A stretch of DNA of 63,971 nucleotides, filler included, from Stramenopiles sp. TOSAG23-6 (lineage: Eukaryota), in the NCBI GenBank assembly GCA_900128565.1. It is 3 parts of 3 records of this genome, joined end to end, with 100 filler letters (N's around TTAATTAATTAA, not from the genome) between each part and the next. Parts side by side here need not be neighbours in the genome. Positions count along the whole stretch, not along the records: positions 22,545 to 44,974 come from LT636015.1; 2 more parts are not named here. The stretch is one strand, 5' to 3'. The translations under genes were made by a program, and so were the position numbers. A model generated the notes under the pieces. The model searched no databases. It was not told the origin of the DNA and was given only the letters and a program-made list of their open reading frames with translations. This document shows positions 34,670 through 43,633 of this stretch, in pieces (positions within the stretch are counted from its first letter, which is position 1; each line of letters begins with the position of its first letter).

Positions 34670-36999
34670 TTACTTTCCGCCTTCAACTTTAATTGCAGCT
34701 TCCATTAATTTTTGCATTCGAGGCAGCATACGTTTCGAATCATCCATTAAGCCAGCAGTGACAAGGCAGTTGTCAAACAACTGTTCCGCAACATATTTTG
34801 TGAAAAAATATTTTTTTTTTTTGGTTAAAAAAAATCGTTAGGTACAAAATTTCGTATGAAAAAAAAATATATATGATGATAAAAACGTACATATTTTGCC
34901 ATTTCTGGGTTTTGATTTTTAGCAGAAGCAAGTGATACAATAATAGGATGTTCTGGATTGAGTTCCATAATTTGCTTTGGTAAACTGGACATTCTTTCCG
35001 ATCCACTTCGAGTTTGTTGATGTTCAGCCATGACCATCATTCGACGAAGAGCTCCTGATTCATGATCAACAATTATCGCTGGAGAGTCATACAATCGATC
35101 AGTAAAATTAACTTCCGCAATTTTATTCTCAAGAGCCACATCTTTCAACCATGATTGTAACCCTTCTTTTTCGTCAGAATTTAATATGGATGTAGATTTT
35201 GATTCCGAACTTTTTTCATCTTTCTCAGAATCATTTTCGTTTTCAGTATCTTTTGCAGGGGTAAGATCACTCACATCAGCCGATTCTGCACTCATGTATT
35301 TTGAGAAATATTTCAAAAAAAAAAAACCTAAAATGTGTTAGGTACAAAATTTCGTACGAAAAAAAAATTTCATAGTAAAAAAAAAAAATAAAACATACAT
35401 TACTGGTCGACTATTAAATTCGCCAACATTTGTCATCACAAAATCATCAATTGGCATATACATAAATAAGACTTCTGCATCATGTTTTTTAAAGACTTCA
35501 TAGTAAGCAGATTGTTCAGCCAAATGTCTCTCAGGAGCATATAAATAATAAATATTTTTCTGAGAAGGTGGGCAGCGAGTAATGTATTCATCTAATGAAG
35601 TCAATTCACCCGCAGGAAGAGCAGAACTCTCAAAACGGAGTAACTTGGAAATATCATTCTTGTTTTCAAAATCAGTACAGACACCTTCCTTCAAAAATTG
35701 ATTATATTCATCATAAAATTTAAGATACTCATCATCATTTTTCTTACCTTGATCATTCAAATGTTTAATGAATCGCTTGGTTAAAACTTTGCTAATTCGT
35801 CGAATCAACAAAGAATCTTGCATTCCTTCACGCGATATGTTTAATGGAATATCTTCACTGTCAACAACACCATGAACAAAACGTAACCACTCAGGTAAAA
35901 GTTTAGCCTTCGAATCAATCAAAACTTTGCGAGAGTAAAGATTTACTCCAGGATCCATTTTACCCATTCCCATTTTTTCAGTATGCATATTTCCTACGTA
36001 GAATAACGCTTTGACAGATATTGGAGCATCCGCGGAGAAATGAAGTTTATAAAGAGGGCGATCATACGCATTCGCAATATATTTGTAAAACTCATTATGC
36101 TGTTCCTCGGACACTTCAGATTTTTCTTTAACCCAAATGGCTTGAACAGTATTTACTTTCTCGCCATTCAAATATATAGGATGGTTGACAAAGTTAGAGT
36201 ATTTTTTGATGATATTCCGAACAGTAGCTTCTTTAGAAAAGTCTTTACAATCTTCTTTTAGATGCATGACAACTTTCGTACCTCTTTGAACGCCCTCGGC
36301 TTCAACAATATCATAGGAACCAACGCCATTAGAAGACCACAACTGTGCTGGTTCTTCTGTCTTATGACTTTTAGTGAATACATCCACTTTATCAGCTACC
36401 ATAAAGGAAGCGTAAAAACCAACACCGAATTGTCCAATAAGTGAAGACTTGACATCCGAGCTAGCACTTGACTCAGTTGCAGATTTCACAAATTGTTTTG
36501 TGCCAGAACGCGCAATGGTTCCAATATTGTTATGTAATTCCTCTTCTGACATACCGCATCCCGCATCGTGAATTGTAATAGTACCCGCAGTTTCATCTGT
36601 AGTAATGCGAATTGATAATTCATCACCGGAACCCTCAATGGATGCACCCGTTACCTGTAAGTGACGAGCCTTTTCTATGGCGTCAGATGCGTTAGAAATC
36701 AACTCTCTAAGAAAAACTTCCTTATCGGTGTAGAGTGAATTTGTCACAATATCCAATAGCTGAGACGTTTCTGCTTGAAATGAGCTATTACTTGACTTAG
36801 CGCCATCCTTTGCCACTGCTTCAGGTTCTTCAACCTTTGGTTCTTTCGGAGCGTCAACGTCGTTAATTTCCACAGCACGCTCACTTGAAAATGATCGGCA
36901 AAAATTTGACGTTGTAGAAACACCACGATAAACTCTGCAAGACTTAAGAACAGGAACAGTCCTTGAAACAACCTTTTGAAAAAAACGAGATGCAATCAT
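34670..36999 (-). CDS. TRAP1: Mitochondrial Hsp90 (TRAP1/Hsp75), 3 exons (36999-35399, 35293-34891, 34792-34670)
   Basis: FQAET, FLRELISNASDA, IGQFGVGFY, GVVDSEDIPLNISRE, ELNPEHPI, EQLFDNCLVTAGLMDD; no MEEVD. Confidence 0.92.
34793..34890 (-). other. Non-canonical intron GT...AT (98 nt)
   Basis: CAAAATAT|GTACGT...GTACCTAAC...CAAAATAT|GT; restores AKY-VAEQLFDN. Confidence 0.85.
35294..35398 (-). other. Non-canonical intron GT...AT (105 nt)
   Basis: AT|GTATGT...GTACCTAAC...AATACAT|G; in-frame stop inside; internal TAG would frameshift. Confidence 0.87.
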
Positions 37000-37386
37000 T
37001 GTTTGCAGCACAATATTTTATTAGTGTCGTGGACTAAAAAACTGTTTGTGTTTATGTATTGACTTTTGTCCTATGTATACTTGCGCAAAGGTCTCTCCGA
37101 ATTCCTCGATAGAATTGTGTGTTGACACCAAAAATCTGACATGATGCATGAGCGGAGATTCAGTTCATTATTTTCTTCATTTTTTTGCTACGGAAATTTG
37201 TACTTAAAGGACCGGTCGGTACCCAGTGATGTTACGACAGAAACACCAGCACCTACTTGTAGTAGTACACTTGATCTAGTTCATTATTTGGAACTAATAC
37301 ACATTGTAAGTGATTATATAACGGCTTTTTGTTTTATTTGTGAGACAAAACTGTTCATTAGACAAAGAGATACATAAGCTGATAGT

Positions 37387-38462
37387 ATGGTGAAATTTGG
37401 TCATCATATATTGAAACACAGTGCGAAGAACAGTGGGGTAATTCAAGAGGACCTTTACATCAACTACAAGCAACTGAAGAAATCTATTGGTCGGAAGGAT
37501 GAAAAAGAATTCTTTGCACTATTTGAGAGTGAAGTGGAAAAGGTTCGAAAGAGTATCTTATGGATTACAGATGATTATGAACGAGTGATGAGTTGCGCTC
37601 TCGGCTCGGACTTTGTTGTTCAACTCAACTGTCTCCGCCAACGTACGTTTGAAGATCACGAGCTGGACGCTATTAAGAGTTTCGCGGAGATAAATCGCAC
37701 TGCGTGCCGTAAAATTCTGAAGAAGTTTGACAAGAAGATGGGAACAAATGTCCAAGATTCGAGATTACGGATGGTCGATGTAATGCTTGCGGAACCTATC
37801 GCAGATTTGGAAGTTTTAGTACGTTTTCAAAATTGATTTATTTTTACAATTTCAATTTTTTTTCTCTGAAAATTTTGTACCTAACGAATATTTTTACTAC
37901 AGAAACATATTTTCCCACAATACATGTACGTTCCGCTTCTGGTGAAAAGAAACGAAACGCGGAAGGTTGCTGGTGTATCACTGCCCCATTAAACAAATGC
38001 CTCGAAAAAATAGCACCAAATTCATCCATTGCTCGGATAGCAATAAAGACAATTTTGTTTTTACTTTTGCTTGGTCTGATTGTCACTATATGGTATTTAA
38101 CTCAATTTTTAAACAAAAACAATGTGACAATCGATATATTTTTTCAGCTTGGTTTAGCTTTTGCTTTTCTTTTGGCTTGGGCAAATGGAGCCAATGACAT
38201 TGCAAATTCTGTCGGTACATCCGTTGGTGCTGGTGCATTAACAGTAGGACAAGCAATTCTTCTTGGTTCAATTGCGGAAGCTCTGGGGGCTATGACTATG
38301 GGTAGTTTTGTGTCAAAAGAAATTTCCAAAGGCATTATCTCTCCGATTGACTACGAATCTGAACCAGATGAATTTGCATTAACTATGCTTTGTGTATTAA
38401 TTGGTTCAGGATTTGTTACTTTACTTGCAACTATTTATGGTTTTCCAATATCTGCGACGCAT
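37387..38462 (+). CDS. SPX domain fused to PHO4/PiT (SLC20) phosphate transporter, apparently truncated (exons 37387-37818, 37926-38462)
   Basis: MVKFG..YINYKQLKK..INRTACRKILKKFDK (SPX); GANDIANSVGTSVGAG, GFPISATH (PHO4 signature); no C-terminal half follows. Confidence 0.8.
37819..37925 (+). other. Non-canonical intron GT...AT (107 nt)
   Basis: TA|GTACGT...GTACCTAAC...AATACAT|GTACGT; internal CAG at 37900-37902 would frameshift. Confidence 0.75.
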
Positions 38463-38566
38463 GTATGTTTTATTTTTTTTTACAAAAAATCGAATTTATT
38501 TTTCGTACGAAATTTTGTACCTAACAAATTTTTTTAGATTTTTTGAAATATTTTTCAAAAATACAT
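38463..38566 (+). other. Non-canonical intron GT...AT (104 nt); downstream exon does not continue the transporter
   Basis: AT|GTATGT...GTACCTAAC...AATACAT|G; first half closely matches intron 22336-22443. Confidence 0.75.
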
Positions 38567-39417
38567 GAGTCATATAAAGAAACCAACACTTGAATCAAAG
38601 AAAGATAGTAGAGGTTTTTTGTTTGGCTTTAAGGAACTTGTGCAATAAATTTACTACTTGTCTATTGTGTAATGTATAATGTGTTTATTGGTGATGATTT
38701 AAAATAGAAATTTGTTCTTCCATTGTTTTTTTTTTCTATTCCAAGGGAATGGATCTATTCAAAGAATTATAGTATATTACCCGGTAACATTCCTTCGGCC
38801 AATAATTTTTGATAGTCAAGTTTCCGTTAAATGGTTGTAGTAAAAATCTAGTACGCAATGTATCAATCCTAGTCGTGTACATTACATTGAGATATACAAT
38901 GGTTTTTGAATAGTAGATCGTATAAAGCATCCACATTCTTACTCCATTTGACTCATTGGGCTCTAGGTCTTTTAGCATTTGATATGGAAGTGATGTCTTG
39001 CTTTCTGAGTTTATGTTAAACATTTTAATTCATGTATATTCTATAACTGACAGATTAGTAAATTTAATTTTCTTATTTCCCTGAAATTTTTCTGTGTTAA
39101 ATTAATCTAAAAGGTTTAATATCTTGATGATCAATTCAATTTTTATTTTTTTTTAAAATACTAATCTGTCGGTATATAGTTTATTTCATTTAATTAATCT
39201 GAAAGGTTTTGGGTTGTTACCCGGTACCTGGATGAAATGATTTATCAATAAAACAACAACATTATTATTATTACATCAAACAAACAATCAAATCGAAATA
39301 TGGCCGAAAAATATGATATGCACACGGTACACGCTCTTTGAAAAACACTTGTCATTCTTCTTCCCTGTGCTACAGAGATTGTGTCGGGTACTTACTTCAA
39401 GTATACCTCAATATCTT

Positions 39418-40956
39418 ATGTCTCAGATGGAGAAAAACCCTGCAAATATTTCTTTGATGACACGTAGTGAGTTACGAGCCGCAGCGGCAAATGGTGCATT
39501 AAATGATTTTCCTGTTTGTGGTGTTGTTGTGAACGGTAATTCTAAAAGTGATCTCATTCGGAAAGCATTAAGAAAGAAACTTAATAAAGGTAAAGGTAAA
39601 AAGATGCCGAAAAGGAGAAAGAAAAGGAAAAAGAAGAAAACCATCAGTAAATCCAAGAAAAAGAAGCAAAGAAAGCCAATGCTGAAAATCGAGAGAACAA
39701 AGAAGCATTTACGCAACAGAATGAAGAATCTGATGAAAAAGGAGAGGCGACTGGTTGCTCAGGGAAGGAACGCCATTCACCAGCCTACGTTTGTTGATGA
39801 AGGTAAATATATATGCTGTGGTAAAACTTTCAACATGGAAGCTTTCCTTGATCATATGGAAATAGGACAATATCTTAGCAATAGTAATGACCATAAAAAT
39901 AAATGGTTTGCTTGCTGTGGAACTGTATACAACATAGTTAAAACTTTTACAAATCATTTAAAAAAGAAACATAGTACAACAGTTTCCCAAGAGATAGGAA
40001 TGGAGCTACAAAGGCGAATTGAAAGAGATAGTACCCTACTACCAGCATTACCAGTAAAATACTTACAATCTAAATTAGATGTATCATTATTTAATTGCCT
40101 ACGTATAGTTCAGCAAGTTCGTATCACTCTTACTAAAAGAGAAAAATGTCAAGGAAAAAAAGAACAAAATGCAATCAAGAACCTTGTGACTAGATATGAC
40201 GTTTCACACATTAAAGAAAATGATGATACACATCCACAGATCCAAAGAATACACCAACCAAAAGAGTATAAAACATGTTCCCGCTGGTTAGATAAAACTA
40301 GTCAGGTTTGTGCATTGAAAACTAATGTAAAAGTTGCTATATTAGGTCAGAGTATTTATCATGTGCGAATATCTTTTAGAGGTGTCATTCACTTCGGCAT
40401 TAAAGAAAATGATGATACACATCCACAGATCCAAAGAATACACCAACCAAAAGAGTATAAAACATGTTCCCGCTGGTTAGATAAAACTAGTCAGGTTTGT
40501 GCATTGAAAACTAACGTAAAAGTTGCTATTTTAGGTAAGAGTATTTATCATGTGCGAATATCTTTTACAGGTGTCATTCACTTCGGTATTTTATGTGATG
40601 AAATTTTACAACCTTGTAAAAATTTAGATACTTTTAAAGAACATAGATTAAAAGAATCGGAGCGTATACCACATAGTATATGTCACATTAGCAATTTAAA
40701 TTCTGTACAAAATTTAAATACAAAAAAACGACCATTGACTCCACAAAATATTAGATATAAAAATTTAAATACGAAAAAACGACGATTGACTCCACAAAAT
40801 ATTAGATATAAGAAACACCATAACTTTGCATTTCCACCTCCAGTCAATAACTTTGTATTTCCACCTCCAATCAATAACTCTGCATTTCCACCTCCAGTCA
40901 ATAGTGCTAGAGGTAGAGGTAGATGTGCCACAATTCCAGCTTGGATGAATAAATGA
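39418..40956 (+). CDS. Basic nuclear-type protein with two atypical Zn-finger-like motifs and a 63-aa internal duplication
   Basis: YICCGKTF...LDHM and FACCGTVY...NHLKKKH; 189-nt-period repeat ~40209-40590; start codon uncertain (39313 or 39418). Confidence 0.7.
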   Translation: MSQMEKNPANISLMTRSELRAAAANGALNDFPVCGVVVNGNSKSDLIRKALRKKLNKGKGKKMPKRRKKRKKKKTISKSKKKKQRKPMLKIERTKKHLRNRMKNLMKKERRLVAQGRNAIHQPTFVDEGKYICCGKTFNMEAFLDHMEIGQYLSNSNDHKNKWFACCGTVYNIVKTFTNHLKKKHSTTVSQEIGMELQRRIERDSTLLPALPVKYLQSKLDVSLFNCLRIVQQVRITLTKREKCQGKKEQNAIKNLVTRYDVSHIKENDDTHPQIQRIHQPKEYKTCSRWLDKTSQVCALKTNVKVAILGQSIYHVRISFRGVIHFGIKENDDTHPQIQRIHQPKEYKTCSRWLDKTSQVCALKTNVKVAILGKSIYHVRISFTGVIHFGILCDEILQPCKNLDTFKEHRLKESERIPHSICHISNLNSVQNLNTKKRPLTPQNIRYKNLNTKKRRLTPQNIRYKKHHNFAFPPPVNNFVFPPPINNSAFPPPVNSARGRGRCATIPAWMNK

Positions 40957-41018
40957 TCAGAATCAAAACCCTAACCCTAACAATTCCAGCTTGGATGAAT
41001 AAATGATCAGAATCAAAA
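40930..41018. repeat. 39-nt direct duplication separated by telomeric CCCTAACCCTA
   Basis: 40930-40968 = 40980-41018. Confidence 0.9.
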
Positions 41019-41370
41019 ATATGGCTTATATTTTCTACTATTCTATATATAAGAATTCCGAAAGTAGATATATTATATTTTCTTTTTTTATAAATTCTTC
41101 AGGTTTTACACAAAATTTTATTTCTAGAAAAAATTGAAATTTGGAAAACACAAAAAAACAATCATTGAATCCACAAAATAGCCACAAAATATTGGATATT
41201 AGCGATATAAGAAATCCTTGGGAAATATTATAAATAATGAATACAATGAATGAATGAATACCCGTTAGCTAGGGTTAGGGTTTGGTTCCCGATATCCTCA
41301 AAAAATTGAAAGTCGTCATTCTCCTCTTCAGTTGTAAATAAAAAAAGGATCTTTTGAAATAATTCCAAGA

Positions 41371-42021
41371 ATGATGACATTGTATACAAGCATTGCTGTA
41401 CTTTTACTGACAATATCGATTGCTTCAGCTCATGTAGCTGTCACTGGTAATCCCCACATGACATCAAATGATAAAAAATGTGACTCTTCCTTACATCATA
41501 CACAACAACAGTCATCATGTACTGCCCAAGTCATTGAGTTATATAGTGTTGTTCAAACGACTCTTCCAGTTCAGTCCGATACATTCAACGGTATACGCCG
41601 AGTGAAATACATGGGTACAACAGTTCCTATATACCTTTTTAAGCAACCATCACGCATATCTCCAAATGAGTTACCTTTCAAAATATTACCGATCCTTAAT
41701 CTAACCAGTTTTGAAGGCATCAGAGAGTATAAAGTTGACTACAAAATGGCAAATGATTCATGGTTCCCTGGATACATTTGGTCAATAATCATTTGTGAAT
41801 CTGGATGCAATGATCAGCTACACCTTGGATGGAAATTTACCCCAAAAACGATGAATAATGGTGCTGTTCCTTTTTATGCTCTGATAGTTGACTACACAGA
41901 AGATGAGAAAAAACAAAATGGAACAGGTCAAATTTTTAATATTGATCATTTAAGTATTGGCACTACTGTAAAAAGTACTTTGCTTGCTCTCATTAGTTTA
42001 TCAACACAAAAAAAACAATAA
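41371..42021 (+). CDS. Secreted protein with cereblon/CULT-like C-terminal motif
   Basis: Signal peptide; DSWFPGYIWSIIICESGC...HLGWKF...FYAL matches CULT SWFPGYAW..CxxC..HIGWKF..FWGL. Confidence 0.72.
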   Translation: MMTLYTSIAVLLLTISIASAHVAVTGNPHMTSNDKKCDSSLHHTQQQSSCTAQVIELYSVVQTTLPVQSDTFNGIRRVKYMGTTVPIYLFKQPSRISPNELPFKILPILNLTSFEGIREYKVDYKMANDSWFPGYIWSIIICESGCNDQLHLGWKFTPKTMNNGAVPFYALIVDYTEDEKKQNGTGQIFNIDHLSIGTTVKSTLLALISLSTQKKQ

Positions 42022-42129
42022 TTTATGGATACAATTATTTCATTTTTTATATTTAGATGAAGAAAAAAATAAAAAGGGAAATTAGACTATTATGAAGAAA
42101 AGTACTCAAAACTTTTTTTTTTTTCCAAA

Positions 42130-42213
42130 TGAAACTTTATGAAAGTTTCATTGAAGTTTCATTGAAGTTTCAATTGAAGTTTCGTTTCATTGAAACTTCA
42201 TTGAAACTTTCAT
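42130..42213. repeat. Mosaic inverted-repeat tract of GAAGTTTC/GAAACTTC units
   Basis: TGAAAGTTTCATTGAAGTTTCA pairs with TGAAACTTCATTGAAACTTTCA with one mismatch. Confidence 0.7.
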
Positions 42214-42415
42214 GAATGAAACTAAATTTACGTTTATGACAAAAAAAAATCGTTAAGTTTCCAATCACTAACCTTGAGGTCTTGAGGTCATCGTCATCAT
42301 CCCGATCAATTTGTCAAACTAGCTACAGTGATTTATTATATACAATGCCCTATATGTAGTCATACTAAGTTTACTCTTTTACTATTTGAAAACCATTTTA
42401 TGAATAAATAATACA

Positions 42416-43399
42416 ATGTCAAAGGTATCCTTGATATCAGATCCGGATAAGCCAGTAGAATTTCTAAAGGAGAATGGATATCTTTATTTAAAAGAAGCTC
42501 TTCCAATGAGTGAATGTCTTCACTTGGGAAAGCTTATTGAGGAATCAATTCTAGAACTTCAAGCAGGCGGAGAATTCCATCAAGAACAACCAGCTACAAG
42601 ACTACCTTCCGATACGTGTTCTACAATGTTGAAGTTTCAAGATCATGTGGTTGATAAAATTATAAGACCAAAGTTAGGATTAGATCAGAAAAATTGTTTT
42701 GTGCCAACCAATTGGCTTCATGAAGAAACTCTTTACGGAAGAGTGAAAAAACTACACGAGTTTACACGCGGTCACTGTGATGCACTAAATACAGTTGTAC
42801 AACGAAAACTACTTGGTGATGTAAATGTTGATGATGAATTGCTAGCGGAAAACTTTCCAATATACACTTGGTGGGTTTTGTTAAAACCAATGAAATCCTC
42901 GAAGCAATCTCACCTACGTATTCATGTAAAGAGTCACTTATTTCCAAACATCAAATTATTCCGACACAAAAAGAGTGGGAAACCACTGAAAATATGTCCA
43001 ACAAAGTATGTGTATAAAGCGTCTAATTTTTCTTCCCCAGTAGAAATGTCAAAAATGTCAAAAAATAAAAACATCCCTACCCCTAACCCTAGTATACCCT
43101 ATACTGTGGGTGATATCGTAATTTTCCATTGTCTCACTCAACATGATGGTAGTACTCATTCCTATACAGTACGAAATGTAGACAATAACTCAATGAAAGA
43201 TCATTTGAGAGTTTCAATTGATGGGCGTTTTATAGCAAAAGTATTCAAATCTGAAAAAGAAAATGAAACAAAGAATTCATCCAAATATTTACAATCAAAA
43301 TTACTCTCTGAATCATCTGATAACCCTAACCCTAGTAATTCATCCAAATATTTACAATCAAAATTACTCTCTGAATCATCTGATAGTGACTTTGATTAG
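42416..43399 (+). CDS. Phytanoyl-CoA dioxygenase (PhyH)-like 2OG-Fe(II) oxygenase
   Basis: FLKENGYLYLK, HCD, YTWWV, GDIVIFHCLTQHDGS, RVSIDGRF. Confidence 0.8.
   Translation: MSKVSLISDPDKPVEFLKENGYLYLKEALPMSECLHLGKLIEESILELQAGGEFHQEQPATRLPSDTCSTMLKFQDHVVDKIIRPKLGLDQKNCFVPTNWLHEETLYGRVKKLHEFTRGHCDALNTVVQRKLLGDVNVDDELLAENFPIYTWWVLLKPMKSSKQSHLRIHVKSHLFPNIKLFRHKKSGKPLKICPTKYVYKASNFSSPVEMSKMSKNKNIPTPNPSIPYTVGDIVIFHCLTQHDGSTHSYTVRNVDNNSMKDHLRVSIDGRFIAKVFKSEKENETKNSSKYLQSKLLSESSDNPNPSNSSKYLQSKLLSESSDSDFD
43274..43385. repeat. 49-nt direct duplication separated by telomeric ACCCTAACCCTAGT (in frame, 63-nt period)
   Basis: 43274-43322 = 43337-43385. Confidence 0.9.
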
Positions 43400-43633
43400 G
43401 TAAGAAATTTTCCCTAGAAAAAAAATATGATCAGGGTTAGGATTAGGATGAATGAAAATGAACTGGGGGTCCTTCATTCATTCAATGGTAGAATATTTTG
43501 GGGATGCTTTCCCGAAGTTGTACAATATATTTATATATAAAACATCATTTGTTAATTTCAGAATTTTCATAATAAAAAGAAGAAATTTAGTATAATGTTT
43601 ATTTTGAAAAACTTTTTAATAAAAAAAAACAAA

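Noticed and set aside
42130-42213. Heat-shock element array
   Set aside because: GAAnnTTC units are present but the spacing to the next GAA is 3-4 nt rather than 2; kept only as a repeat.
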